In this document: piece by piece, positions 21,498 to 31,989 of the stretch
Layout of the letters: the number at the start of each line of letters is the position of its first letter
How positions within the stretch are numbered: position 1 is the first letter of the stretch
Assembly: GCA_033763315.1 (NCBI GenBank)
Contig: JANRKS010000031.1
Coordinates: forward strand, 192,001-256,000
DNA from: Deltaproteobacteria bacterium
GTDB lineage: Bacteria > Myxococcota_A > Polyangia > Fen-1088
DNA length: 64,000 nucleotides
Direction: 5' to 3'
The notes under the pieces: model-generated
What the model was told of the DNA's origin: nothing
Databases searched by the model: none
What the model saw: the letters and a program-made list of their open reading frames with translations, nothing else
Made by a program: the position numbers and the translations under genes

Positions 21498-22589
21498 CTA
21501 GAGCGATGGTTGTTGTTGGGATAGGCAGTGAAGGGTGCCGAGGCCGAGCACGAGATCCGTAGCGTGAATCCCCACGACTGGGCGATCAGAGATCAGTTCT
21601 GCGATGATACCCAGGGCGGCTCTGTCCGCGGGGTCGTTAAACGTTGGCACAAGAACCGCAGCGTTACAGATGTAGAAATTGGCATAGCTGGCCGGCAGCC
21701 GTTGACCGCGAAAGAAAAGCGGCGCGGGCATTGGAAGGCGAACGACTTGCGGGCGACTACCGTCTTGAAGCCGAGCTTGTTCAAGCCGCTCACGGTTCTC
21801 TTCAAGCGGCCGGTGATTCGCATCTGAGCCGTCAGCCTCTTGGCACAGAACTATCGTGGTCGGACTTACAAAGCGGGCAAGGTCATCAACGTGGCCGTGG
21901 GTGTCATCCCCTGCGATGCCGTTGCCCAACCAAATCGTGTTTGGCGCGCCTAAGCATTCGCGGAAAGTAAGCTCCCAATCCGACTTGCTAAATCCTGGGT
22001 TCCGGACTTGAACATTAGGATCAAGCAGGCATTCCTCAGTGGCCAAGATTGAACCCTTCCCGTTCACATCAATACTGCCGCCCTCAAGAACCACATCGCC
22101 CGCAGACGACGGGAACAGGTCTTGAGATCGAAAGGAGCGCAGCTCAAGCGCCTGCGCCGCCAACCGGGGAATGGTGTAATCTTTATGAAACTCAGGATAT
22201 TTTGCCCAACCGTTGAAGCCGAAGTGCGCCACTGCTAAATCCGGAGCGGTTCCGTCCTTCTGCACAAAGATGGGACCAAAATCTCGAATCCAACTGCGGT
22301 CCGTAGGCCAACGCATCCAATCGATTGCGGATTCATTGACTCCAACCGATGCAATCACGCTTTTAGCGTGGGCCTCCGTTTTGTCGTCGTTCACTAACAG
22401 TGCAACACGTTCGGCAACCGCCACCCGTTTAATGATCTCCCCGTAAACCCAGCGAATCGAGCTGATTTTACCTGGCCAATCGCTTCGTCGATGAGGGAAC
22501 GCCAGCCAAGTGGCATCGTGTGCATTCCACTCCGCGGGGATCGCAAACCCTGAGCGACTGGCGGTTTTCGGTGTAGCAAAGGGGGGCAT
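21498..22589 (-). CDS. Agmatine/peptidylarginine deiminase family protein
   Basis: 'PAEW', 'WIRDFGP', 'LEGGSIDVNG', 'DDTHGHVD', 'SYANF', 'LHCLSQQQP'; TGATG overlap with the ATPase gene. Confidence 0.92.
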   Translation of the reverse strand: MPPFATPKTASRSGFAIPAEWNAHDATWLAFPHRRSDWPGKISSIRWVYGEIIKRVAVAERVALLVNDDKTEAHAKSVIASVGVNESAIDWMRWPTDRSWIRDFGPIFVQKDGTAPDLAVAHFGFNGWAKYPEFHKDYTIPRLAAQALELRSFRSQDLFPSSAGDVVLEGGSIDVNGKGSILATEECLLDPNVQVRNPGFSKSDWELTFRECLGAPNTIWLGNGIAGDDTHGHVDDLARFVSPTTIVLCQEADGSDANHRPLEENRERLEQARLQDGSRPQVVRLPMPAPLFFRGQRLPASYANFYICNAAVLVPTFNDPADRAALGIIAELISDRPVVGIHATDLVLGLGTLHCLSQQQPSL

Positions 22590-25090
22590 CAACTGCGCAC
22601 GCCCGGGTTGGCCGCTCTTTGATCTTTATAAGCTAAAAGCCGCAACGCGTTTACGACCACAAGCAGCGTCGAGCCTTCGTGAAGCGCCACCGCAACGCCA
22701 ATGCCGGCAAATCCGAAAATTGTTGCGGGGATCAAGATCGCCACCATGCCAAGGCTGGCCCAAAGGTTCTGGCGAATGATGCTACGGGAAGCGCGGCTTA
22801 AGCCCACGGCGAAAGGCAGAGCGCGTAAATCGTCGGCCATTAGAGCGATGTCTGCCGTCTCCAAGGCGACATCCGATCCGCCAGCACCCATCGCAATCCC
22901 CACGGTGGCATTGGCCATCGCAGGCGCATCGTTGACGCCATCACCCACCATCGCTACACCCGTTGACGAACCCGCCAGCTGCACTATCACGGCAACCTTC
23001 TGCTCTGGCAGTAAGTCGCCGCGCGCCACGCGAATGCCCACTTGTCCTGCAACAGCATCGGCCACGCTTTGGTTGTCGCCCGTCAGCATGATGGATTGCT
23101 TGATACCCAGCCGGTGCAATTCCGATATCACCTCTCGTGCGGTATCGCGAGGGGTGTCCATAAGGCCCAGCACGCCCAAGAAACGGTTGGCGGATTTAAC
23201 TACCATGACCGTTCGGCCGTTTGACTGCAGCTTTCCGATGGCCTCTGTAACTTCGTCAGGCAGAGCTCCGTCGTTAGTGAAAAGGCCTGGCTTGCCCAGC
23301 AAGACGGTCGCGCCGTCAATTTCGGCTTTAACACCAAAGCCCACAAGCGCCTTAACGTTAAGCGCGCGCAGGCGGCCAATTTCTGCTGGCAGTCGGCTTG
23401 CCGCTCCATTCACAATGGCCGCAGCTAAGGGGTGATCGGACTGGCTTTCAACCGCGACCGCGGTTTGCATCAGTTCGGTTTCGGTCGTGCCTTGAGTAGG
23501 CAACACGTCGGTAAGCTGAGGCTTGCCTTCGGTAAGTGTTCCCGTTTTGTCAAAAGCAATCGCAGTGATCGCCCCCAACGTTTCGAGGTGTGCACCGCCC
23601 TTGATGAGAACGCCACCGCGCGCCGCACGCGCGACGCCCGAAAGCACCGCGCTAGGCGTGGCGATCGCTAAAGCGCAAGGACTGGCCGAGACCAGCACAG
23701 CCATCGCGCGGTAGAAACTGTGTGCGAATGTCTCGTCGATGACAAACGGGGCAAACAGCAACAAGACGACCACGCCAAGAATGACGGGAACAAAAACACG
23801 TTCAAATCGATCGGTGAACCGCTGCGTTGCAGACTTTTGCGTTTCGGCCTCGGCAACCATCTTTACGACGCGTGCCAAGGTGCTGTCGGCGGCGGCTTTT
23901 GTAACCAGAATCGTTAGCGCCGCAGCACCGTTTATCGTACCTGCGAAAACACGGTTCTCAGGAGCCAACGCAGACGCGTTTGCCGCCGCTACCTTTGCAT
24001 CGGGCACGGGAATCTTATCGACGGGAACACTTTCGCCTGTGATGGGTGCTTGATTGACGCTACTTGAGCCCGCGACTACAAAGCCATCGGCGGCAATACG
24101 TGTGTTGGGCTTGACCATGATTGTATCGCCAACGACCAGTTCCGATACCGGAACTTCCTTTATGCCGTGCGAAGGTCCGAGCCGCAGGGCTGTCTGGGGT
24201 ACTAGTTGCGAAAGCGCTTCAATTGCTTTTCGTGCCCGCCCCATGGCGTAGCCTTCAAGCGCGTGGCCAAGAGTAAACAAGAATAGCAACAGAGCGCCTT
24301 CGAACCATTGCCCTAGCACCGCGGCGCCCACAGCGGCAAACAACATTAGAAAGTCAATTTCAAAGCGCTTGGCTCGAAGGGCCACCGCGACTTCTTGCAC
24401 TGTGAACCACGCGCCCAGGACATAGGCCACCGCGAACAGCGCTGTGGGAACAATCGCCGGTACACTCCCTCTTCCCAGGCCCCACCCGACAGCCGTCAGG
24501 GCGCCGCAGCCGAGGCTAAACACCAATTCTGAACGCTCACCGAACGGACCGCCGTGTTCGTGCTCATGCGCATGTGCGTTTTCCTTGCTGTGGTCGTGGT
24601 CGTGATCATGGTCATGACCAGATGCTCGTGGGGGAGCCGCGGGGGTTTTCGCCGCCGAAATCCCTTCCGCGCCAGCAACCGCCATCAAGGATTCGCGGGA
24701 CGTCTGCTTCGGATCGAACTCGATGTAAAGCCGACGCGCACCGAACGCAATGCCTGCATGCAACACACCAACTTGTCTGGCGAAAACCCCTTCGACAAGG
24801 TTGGCCTGACGCTCGTGGCGTAGACCAACAACAGGGATGGAAAGATGCTCGAATCTTTCGGAAAGTTCGGCGCCTGCTCGGTGCACAACGGCCTGCACAT
24901 CCTGCAGGCGGACGATGGCAGGGTCGTAGTGAAGGCAAAGCTTGGTTTTCGCCGTGTCTGCGGAATCGATGTGGGCATCCACAATTCCAGACCGACCGCG
25001 AACCGTGTCAAGCAGGCGCTTGACGCACGCGTCGCAATCTGCCGCGTCCTGTGGAAGGATGATTTGCAGATCGAGTTTGTGTTTATTCAT
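22589..25090 (-). CDS. Heavy-metal P1B-type ATPase (SPC type, P1B-4-like)
   Basis: TGES, SPC, DKTGT, GDGVNDAPA, HEGST; CxxC and His-rich N-terminus. Confidence 0.95.
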   Translation of the reverse strand: MNKHKLDLQIILPQDAADCDACVKRLLDTVRGRSGIVDAHIDSADTAKTKLCLHYDPAIVRLQDVQAVVHRAGAELSERFEHLSIPVVGLRHERQANLVEGVFARQVGVLHAGIAFGARRLYIEFDPKQTSRESLMAVAGAEGISAAKTPAAPPRASGHDHDHDHDHSKENAHAHEHEHGGPFGERSELVFSLGCGALTAVGWGLGRGSVPAIVPTALFAVAYVLGAWFTVQEVAVALRAKRFEIDFLMLFAAVGAAVLGQWFEGALLLFLFTLGHALEGYAMGRARKAIEALSQLVPQTALRLGPSHGIKEVPVSELVVGDTIMVKPNTRIAADGFVVAGSSSVNQAPITGESVPVDKIPVPDAKVAAANASALAPENRVFAGTINGAAALTILVTKAAADSTLARVVKMVAEAETQKSATQRFTDRFERVFVPVILGVVVLLLFAPFVIDETFAHSFYRAMAVLVSASPCALAIATPSAVLSGVARAARGGVLIKGGAHLETLGAITAIAFDKTGTLTEGKPQLTDVLPTQGTTETELMQTAVAVESQSDHPLAAAIVNGAASRLPAEIGRLRALNVKALVGFGVKAEIDGATVLLGKPGLFTNDGALPDEVTEAIGKLQSNGRTVMVVKSANRFLGVLGLMDTPRDTAREVISELHRLGIKQSIMLTGDNQSVADAVAGQVGIRVARGDLLPEQKVAVIVQLAGSSTGVAMVGDGVNDAPAMANATVGIAMGAGGSDVALETADIALMADDLRALPFAVGLSRASRSIIRQNLWASLGMVAILIPATIFGFAGIGVAVALHEGSTLLVVVNALRLLAYKDQRAANPGVRS

Positions 25091-25100
25091 TGTGGTTCGC

Positions 25101-25817
25101 TTATGTGCTCATCTCGATAACGGTCAAACAAAGAAAGCCCGCGAAGAAGGAAGCGCTACTCCACGCGGTTTCCTTCACTTCGTGAGCTTCAACCAAAAGC
25201 TCTTCGACGACCAAGAACAGCAAGGCAGCCAGGCCAAACGACAGTGCGATGACAAGGCCTGAATGAGGTAAAAGACCGAGTAGTCCTGCGCCAACTCCGG
25301 TTCCCATCAAAAGCAGCACGCAGAGGGCGGCTAAGTTAAGCATCACGCGACCTTTCGAGACGCCATTGCGCAGCAGGGTGGTTGACGTTGAAAGTCCTAA
25401 AAACATGAGTTCCAAAGTTAGCGCAACGGTCAACAGCAAACCCGTTTTCTGACCGGCGGCGAACCCCAGACCAATCAGGGCGCCGTCGAGAAAGATGTCG
25501 ATAGCAACCGTGATCAGGAGCGACGTGGGCGACTTTTTGCCTTCACTCTCATTGCCCCTTTCGCTCAGTGCACGGATGACAAGCATTGCGAAAACTCCTC
25601 CAGCGAATCCTACGATCAGCTCAAACGCAGAATGCGATGCTTTGATCTCGGGAAGAATTTCGCCCGCCGCTGCCGACAGAACGACACCCGCTGCGAAATG
25701 CTGAATGAAACCTTGGGCTTTTTCACCAGGCGTTTTACGCAGGGCAACCAAGCCTGCAATCAGCGTTGCGATACAGGGAAAGGCCGCATGGCCGAGCGCT
25801 TGGAAGAGTACATTCAT
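25101..25817 (-). CDS. ZIP-family-like metal transporter
   Basis: 'QHFAAGVV', 'DIFLDG', 'EELLVEAHE'; multiple TM helices. Confidence 0.8.
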   Translation of the reverse strand: MNVLFQALGHAAFPCIATLIAGLVALRKTPGEKAQGFIQHFAAGVVLSAAAGEILPEIKASHSAFELIVGFAGGVFAMLVIRALSERGNESEGKKSPTSLLITVAIDIFLDGALIGLGFAAGQKTGLLLTVALTLELMFLGLSTSTTLLRNGVSKGRVMLNLAALCVLLLMGTGVGAGLLGLLPHSGLVIALSFGLAALLFLVVEELLVEAHEVKETAWSSASFFAGFLCLTVIEMST

Positions 25818-28800
25818 GTTGGCTTCCTTTTCGAACCTCGTTGAAAATTGTGTGCCACCTCGTAGGCCGTTGGAAAGAACAGCAACGTCAAAGCGGTTGC
25901 GGTGATAAGTCCGCCTATCACCACCGTTGCCAAGGGCCGTTGAACTTCACTTCCAGCCGAGTGCGATAAAGCCATGGGAACAAACCCTAATGCCGCCACG
26001 AACGCCGTCATCAGAACAGGCCGCAAGCGCATGCGAGCGGCCGACGCGATGGCCTCGGCCGGCGGCGTGCCCTTAGCCTCGAGTTGCAGGCAGAACGAGA
26101 CGAGTACAAGGCCATTGAGCACGGCGACACCGAATAGAGCGATAAAACCGACGCCAGCTGAGATGCTAAACGGCATATCGCGGAGCCATAGGAAAAGAAC
26201 TCCTCCGATAGCCGCGAAGGGTATGTTGATAAACACCAGCAAGCTGGGTTTAACCCGATCGAACGCCAACCACAGCAAAAACAGAATCAACGCCAACGCC
26301 AAGGGAACAACAATCATCAGTCGAGCGCGTGCGGAGGCGTAGTTTTGAAACTGCCCGCCCCATTCGATGCGGTAACCAGTAGGCAAATGGACCTTGGCAT
26401 TTAAAGCCATACGGGCGTCCTCAACCGCCGAAACCACATCCCGGCCGCGCACGTTGAATTCAACGATCGTTCGCCGCGATTGTTTGTCGCGGTTCACCAG
26501 CACGGGCCCACTTTCGATCGCCACCTCCGCCACGTCACCGAGCGGCACCATCTGGCCCGAGCTTGATTTAAGCGGAAGCGAGCGAAACACATCGAGATTG
26601 CCTTTAAACTCGGCGTTGCTCCGAACCACCATGCCAAATCGCCGATCGCCTTCGAACACAGTGCCAACGTTGCGACCAACAGCGATGGTTTCTGTCACCA
26701 TATTGACGTCCTGCACGGTCAAGCCGTAGCGTGCAAGCCGGGCGCGGTCCGGGCGCACCCGCAAATATGCGAGGCCCGCCGTTTGTTCCGCGCGCACATC
26801 GACGACGCCGTCAATACCCTGAAACGCCGTTTGCACCTGTGTGCCCAGCTCCTGCAGTGTTGCTAAGTCGGGGCCGTAGATCAGTGCAGCCGCATCTGAG
26901 CGCACACCAGCCACAAGTTCGTTGGTACGCATCTGAATTGGCTGCGACACCGCGAATGATACTTCCGGTACGTCCTTTTCCACGGCTGCAGAAATCTCCT
27001 CACCTAACGCCAGCTTGGTCAATCCGTCGCGCCACTTGCTGGTGGGTTTTAAAGTGATGTAGACATCGGACTGTTCGATGCCCATCGGATCTGTTGCCAC
27101 TTCTGGTGCTCCGTTGCGTGCCACGACATGCTCGATCTCTGGGATGTGAGCCAATGAGCGCTCGATGCGCACGTCCATGGCCACTGACTCTGTCAGCGCC
27201 ACGCCGGGTAGCCGTCGGACCTCAAGTAGCAGATCGCCTTCGTCCAGTTGCGGAACAAATTCCGCACCTAGGCGGGTCGACAAACCTGCTCCCAAGGCCA
27301 GCAGTGCCAATCCGACGCCCAAGGTTCGCGAAGGCCTGGCGAGAGCCGTCTTGAGTAAGGGCAGGTAGCCTCGCCGCAACTGCCGCATGACCCACGTTTC
27401 GTGCTCGTTCCTTTCTGGTCGCAGAAAATAGCTGCATAAAACAGGCACTACAGTCAGCGACAAGATGAAAGCGCCGAGCAGCGCGAACAACACCGTTTGC
27501 GCCATAGGATGGAAAAGCTTTCCTTCGACACCCCGCAATGCCAAAATTGGTAGGTACACAATGCCGATGATCGCTTCGCCAAATACGCTGGCGCTGCGCA
27601 CCTCAATGGCTGCATCTTGGACGATCACCAATCGCTCGTCGGCGGTCGGGGCTTGGCCGCGTGCCGCGCCCACTTCTGTTAAACGACGGACGGCATTTTC
27701 AACGATGATAACCGCCGCGTCCACAATCAGGCCGAAGTCAACGGCACCCAGACTCATAAGGTTTCCAGAGGCGCCGGTCATTCGCATGATCATCACTGCG
27801 AACAGCATCGATAGCGGGATGGTCACCGCCACTATCAAACCAGCGCGTAGGTTTCCCAACAACACGAGCAACACGACAACAACCAAGGCGGCGCCTTCGG
27901 CAAGATTCCGTGCCACTGTGCGAATCGTGCGATCGACCAGTGCCGCGCGATCGTAGAAGGGTTCAACGGTTATGCCCTTTGGAAGCGTGGGGCGAAGCTC
28001 ATCAAGGCGCGCCTTCACAAGGTCAGTAACCACGCGGGAGTTTTCACCTATCAGCATTAGCGCCACACCAACAACCACTTCCCCTTGGCCATCCATTGAG
28101 GCGGCCCCTCGGCGTAAGCGCGCACCGAAGCGTACGTCTCCCACATTGGCAATAGTGATAGGAACGCCTTGGGGCGTTGCACCTACCACTACAGATTTTA
28201 GATCCTCAAGGCTCTTTACAAGCCCCAAAGTCCCGATCACCAGCTGTTCGCGGTTGTGTTCAATGTAACCCCCGCCGGCATTTGCGTTGGTTCGTTCAAG
28301 AGCGCTGACGACTTCTTGTAGAGATAATCCGGCGGCCTGCAAACGCTTGGGATCAACGACGACTTGGTACTGGCGCTCTTCGCCGCCAAAACTGTTGACC
28401 TCGACGATCCCGGGAACCGTTCGAAGCTGCGGCCCAATGTACCAGTCGAGCGTCTCTTCGAGCTCCATCAAGGAATGGCCCTTGCCGCGCACAACGAATT
28501 GATAGATCTCGCCTAAGCCGCTTGCGATGGGGCCGATCTGGGGGCGCCCATAAGCCTCGGGAATGTCGGCTTCGGCTTCGCGTACGCGCTCGCTGACCAT
28601 TTGCCGTGCGAAGTAAATGTCCGTTCCTTCGTCAAACACGATGGTCACCACGGACAGTCCGTACTTGGTTAGCGAACGCACTTCCGTCACCTTTGGAATG
28701 CCGGCCATCGCGCGTTCGACCGGCACGGTCACGTATTGCTCCATCTCGACCGGCGACAGCGCGGGCGCCGAGGTGATCACCTGTACTTGGACATTGGTGA

Positions 28801-28930
28801 TGTCAGGCACGGCATCAATCGGAAGGCCCACGGCGGAAGCCAGCCCCGCGATCACGAAAAGAATCGTTGCCATCAAAACCACCACGCGGTTGTGCAGCGA
28901 CCACGAGACCATCTTGCTGAGCAGAAACAT
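25814..28930 (-). CDS. czcA: CzcA/CusA-family heavy-metal RND permease
   Basis: 'LPIDAVPDITNVQVQV', 'DFGLIVDAAVIIVEN', 'RLRPVLMT'; 1038 aa. Confidence 0.93.
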   Translation of the reverse strand: MFLLSKMVSWSLHNRVVVLMATILFVIAGLASAVGLPIDAVPDITNVQVQVITSAPALSPVEMEQYVTVPVERAMAGIPKVTEVRSLTKYGLSVVTIVFDEGTDIYFARQMVSERVREAEADIPEAYGRPQIGPIASGLGEIYQFVVRGKGHSLMELEETLDWYIGPQLRTVPGIVEVNSFGGEERQYQVVVDPKRLQAAGLSLQEVVSALERTNANAGGGYIEHNREQLVIGTLGLVKSLEDLKSVVVGATPQGVPITIANVGDVRFGARLRRGAASMDGQGEVVVGVALMLIGENSRVVTDLVKARLDELRPTLPKGITVEPFYDRAALVDRTIRTVARNLAEGAALVVVVLLVLLGNLRAGLIVAVTIPLSMLFAVMIMRMTGASGNLMSLGAVDFGLIVDAAVIIVENAVRRLTEVGAARGQAPTADERLVIVQDAAIEVRSASVFGEAIIGIVYLPILALRGVEGKLFHPMAQTVLFALLGAFILSLTVVPVLCSYFLRPERNEHETWVMRQLRRGYLPLLKTALARPSRTLGVGLALLALGAGLSTRLGAEFVPQLDEGDLLLEVRRLPGVALTESVAMDVRIERSLAHIPEIEHVVARNGAPEVATDPMGIEQSDVYITLKPTSKWRDGLTKLALGEEISAAVEKDVPEVSFAVSQPIQMRTNELVAGVRSDAAALIYGPDLATLQELGTQVQTAFQGIDGVVDVRAEQTAGLAYLRVRPDRARLARYGLTVQDVNMVTETIAVGRNVGTVFEGDRRFGMVVRSNAEFKGNLDVFRSLPLKSSSGQMVPLGDVAEVAIESGPVLVNRDKQSRRTIVEFNVRGRDVVSAVEDARMALNAKVHLPTGYRIEWGGQFQNYASARARLMIVVPLALALILFLLWLAFDRVKPSLLVFINIPFAAIGGVLFLWLRDMPFSISAGVGFIALFGVAVLNGLVLVSFCLQLEAKGTPPAEAIASAARMRLRPVLMTAFVAALGFVPMALSHSAGSEVQRPLATVVIGGLITATALTLLFFPTAYEVAHNFQRGSKRKPT

Positions 28931-30120
28931 CAGTCTTCCTCACCGAACGTGCTCTTTAATACGGTGCTCTTAATGCTGAAAACACCGGCAACGACCACCC
29001 TTTCACCTTCGCGCAGGCCATTAAGGATCTCGACACGGTTGCCTCCCATCACGCCAAGGGTGACGGGGTGCATCTCATAGTCACCGTCTTCGTGCAAAAC
29101 GAACACCACGTCCTTTTCCGCCACACGAGTTACTGCGGACAACGGTACAACAACCCGTTTCGTGGCTTCATTTGCGCTGCCCGTAACTATGCGGGCTGTG
29201 CCGAAAAGACCGATCTTCAGGAGATCGTCGTGGTTGCGCACCACGATGCGCGCGGTGACGGTTCGAGCAACTGTATCGAGTCGCTTGCCGACGGATTCAA
29301 CAACACCTGAAAACTGCTCCTCAGGGTACCCGTTGAGACGTATGTCAACGGTGGCGCCTTGCTTGACCAACGCAAGATCCTTCTCGAATATCCGCCCCAA
29401 GAAATAGGCGCGATCGAGATCGCCTATGACCGCCAGCACGTGGTCGGCGGGGATGAATTGGCCCGGCACCGCGTCTCGCGACAAAACGAAGCCCGATATT
29501 GGCGTGCGCACAATCAGTCGCACGCTTGCGCCGGCCGTTGCAAAGTCTTGCGTCCCGAAGGAAAGCAGCGTTTGGCGGGCCGCAGCCGTCTGTGCTTCCA
29601 AAGCTGCAGCTTCGGCTTCTGCTGCCGAGGCTTCCTGTCCAGACGCTAAGGCGTTTGATGCAAGGCTTTTTAGGCGCTGCGCATTGAGCCGCGCCGAACT
29701 TGCGCGCCCGCCTGCCGAAGCAACTTCGGCGCGGGCTCGCGCCAGTTCAGGAGATTCGAGCACGGCAACGATTTGTCCCGCCTTGACGCGTTCGCCTTCT
29801 TTGACCTTCACATCGACGACCCGACCTGCGACCCGCGCTGATAACTGAGCTGACTTATCGGGATCCGTTGCGATCTCGCCCGTGAGGTCAACGGTTGACG
29901 GAATGGTATCGAGGGTCACCGGCTGCGTGACGATTCCTGCGGCGCGCACGACGTCCGCCGTCAGCCGCACCTTCGATGGTAGCGGTTCATGTTCCTTTTC
30001 ATCCTCGTGCGCTGCAGCCGGTTGTGCGGCTTCCGTGGGCACCGGTTCGGGCGGGCGCTTGCCACTACACGCGCCATAGAACAGCATCGAGATCACGATT
30101 GGCAACACGGTCACTCTCAT
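28930..30120 (-). CDS. czcB: RND periplasmic adaptor (CzcB-like)
   Basis: Lipoprotein-like N-terminus, lipoyl and hairpin segments, 'GLREGERVV'; adjacent to czcA. Confidence 0.85.
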   Translation of the reverse strand: MRVTVLPIVISMLFYGACSGKRPPEPVPTEAAQPAAAHEDEKEHEPLPSKVRLTADVVRAAGIVTQPVTLDTIPSTVDLTGEIATDPDKSAQLSARVAGRVVDVKVKEGERVKAGQIVAVLESPELARARAEVASAGGRASSARLNAQRLKSLASNALASGQEASAAEAEAAALEAQTAAARQTLLSFGTQDFATAGASVRLIVRTPISGFVLSRDAVPGQFIPADHVLAVIGDLDRAYFLGRIFEKDLALVKQGATVDIRLNGYPEEQFSGVVESVGKRLDTVARTVTARIVVRNHDDLLKIGLFGTARIVTGSANEATKRVVVPLSAVTRVAEKDVVFVLHEDGDYEMHPVTLGVMGGNRVEILNGLREGERVVVAGVFSIKSTVLKSTFGEED

Positions 30121-31430
30121 TGGCCTTCTCCCAAAACAGCGGTCACGAGCGTTCCTGTAACGCGATGAAGTTCAACCCACGCAAGCGCTTGTTCACGCCG
30201 CACTTGTATTTCCGATTGCAATAACTCGATGAGTCCGCGTTGCCACACCAGCGCTTCATTCAGTGGAAGTTGGTTCATTGAGATGCCGGCTTTGATTGCT
30301 GCAAGGTCGGCTCGGGCCCGCGCAATCAAAGCGGGGTCAAAGAGTGCGAGCGCCGCGGTCTTGGCTCGCTGCAGTGCCAGCGCGTTTGCTACTTCCCGCT
30401 GCACACGGCGGCGCACAAGCTCCACCGAACTTTCACTGGCGCGAATCTGCCCTTGCAGTTCACTGATGTCACCCGCGCGAGACCGGCCAATAGGGGCCGG
30501 CAAGGGCAGGGGGAATGACAACCCTAAGCCAAGGATGCGATCGTTGATCTCCCCCCGCTCCGCAAACACAGAAACCGTCGGGTTGGGCATGCGTTCACGG
30601 CGCACAAGGGCGAGCCGCGATTCCAACACCACCCGTTCCATGTCTGCGGCTGCAAGTTCGCCGCGCAGCCGTAGGGCATCGTTAAGCGCCTTCGCTTCGT
30701 CCATGTCACCGACTGCAGGAGGCGTCAGAACCTGCGGGACGATAAGTGAGCCTGCGGTGTCACTGAGCGATACACGCAAATCCGTCAGTGCTTGCGACAG
30801 GTTTCGTTCGGCCTCAAAGCGAATCAAGGCAAGCCGAATGGCCTCGGCCCTCGCCACGTCAGCTTCAACCCCAGACATAACTGATTCGGCAGCCCGCCCT
30901 TCAACCAGCCTGCTTAGCGCTTCAGCGATACCAAAGAGCTCTTCCGCTAAGCCCAACGACTCGCGTGCCGCGACGGCGTTGAAGAACACGCTGAGCACGT
31001 TCGAAGCCACATCTTGTTCGGCAACCCCAACGCGCCTGATTTGGGCGCTTACCTCGGCGTCAGCGGCCCGCAATCTCAGGCCGCGCTGGCCAGCGATCTC
31101 GAATTGTTGCGCCAGCGACAGGCTCCAGTTGAGCGCCTGGACATTCTCGGGAGCCGGCCGTTGGCGTTGGGATAAGGAGGCAGACACGACGGGGTTGCTA
31201 GGCAACCACGTGTTCGCGGAAAGCCTTCGACCGGACCCCGCCGCCAACTGCGCGCGCGCCGACGCTACATCTGGGCTTGTGGACAGGGCACACTCAACGA
31301 CCGTCTTGGTCGTGAGTAGTTTGGGGCAACTTGCTGGAGTTTTTGATGTGTCAATCACTGCATGCGCACCAACGGTTCGTGCGCATGCCAAGGCGACAGC
31401 AAAGGCTGCCGCAGGCAAAACCCGTTTCAT
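30117..31430 (-). CDS. czcC: TolC-family outer membrane factor (CzcC-like)
   Basis: Signal peptide; 'QQFEIAGQRGLR'; GTGA overlap with czcB. Confidence 0.82.
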   Translation of the reverse strand: MKRVLPAAAFAVALACARTVGAHAVIDTSKTPASCPKLLTTKTVVECALSTSPDVASARAQLAAGSGRRLSANTWLPSNPVVSASLSQRQRPAPENVQALNWSLSLAQQFEIAGQRGLRLRAADAEVSAQIRRVGVAEQDVASNVLSVFFNAVAARESLGLAEELFGIAEALSRLVEGRAAESVMSGVEADVARAEAIRLALIRFEAERNLSQALTDLRVSLSDTAGSLIVPQVLTPPAVGDMDEAKALNDALRLRGELAAADMERVVLESRLALVRRERMPNPTVSVFAERGEINDRILGLGLSFPLPLPAPIGRSRAGDISELQGQIRASESSVELVRRRVQREVANALALQRAKTAALALFDPALIARARADLAAIKAGISMNQLPLNEALVWQRGLIELLQSEIQVRREQALAWVELHRVTGTLVTAVLGEGQ

Positions 31431-31501
31431 GATTTCCTCGCGTCGAGATTGGGGAGACTGGGCGCAATGGTGGCCCTGTCATCCGTTCCGGTGTTTGTGA
31501 G

Positions 31502-31804
31502 CTACGCGAGAATCAGCTTGGGAACGTCTAGAATGTCACCGGGTTCGGGCTCAGTAGGAACCTCGAACCGGAGCGTGAATTGAAGTCGGTGCCCATCGGG
31601 GGGGATTAGTGCCGGTGTGTCCTGGGGCTTGAGGGCTCGCGGGAGCGTACAGCAAGCGCAAAATGCGCAATTCGGCGCACACTCGCCACCTGAGGCGTCA
31701 GCCGGACACTCGTCGCTGCAGGCGGGATCGCCCAAGAAAGACGCAAGTCCGCTCATCTCAAAAGAGACGCAAAGGATTGCGGCAATCAGAAGGGTCCGGA
31801 ACAT
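31502..31804 (-). CDS. Small Cys-rich exported protein upstream of czcCBA (CzcI-like position)
   Basis: Signal peptide; 'CAPNCAFCACC'; C-terminal 'ILDVPK'. Confidence 0.6.
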   Translation of the reverse strand: MFRTLLIAAILCVSFEMSGLASFLGDPACSDECPADASGGECAPNCAFCACCTLPRALKPQDTPALIPPDGHRLQFTLRFEVPTEPEPGDILDVPKLILA

Positions 31805-31989
31805 TTAAGCGGCTAGGGTATCATACGTCGGTTGGAGGCAGGCGTCATTCGGGGCGGGGATACGGCGGGAAATCGGGGACCGCAACGGCTCCCACTGTTG
31901 CCAAAGGGGGTAACAGAAGGCGTTTTTCCTGCATTCTCACGCCTCGACTGGATGTTTGCGCCCCGTTTCACTTCTGTTACCTTTTCGGC

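Noticed and set aside
24550-24620. (CAC/GAC/CAT/GAT)n-like repeat
   Set aside because: Encodes the His-rich metal-binding linker of the P1B ATPase.
30229-31500. 423-aa plus-strand ORF
   Set aside because: Antisense shadow of czcC with Ser/Arg/Ala-biased composition.
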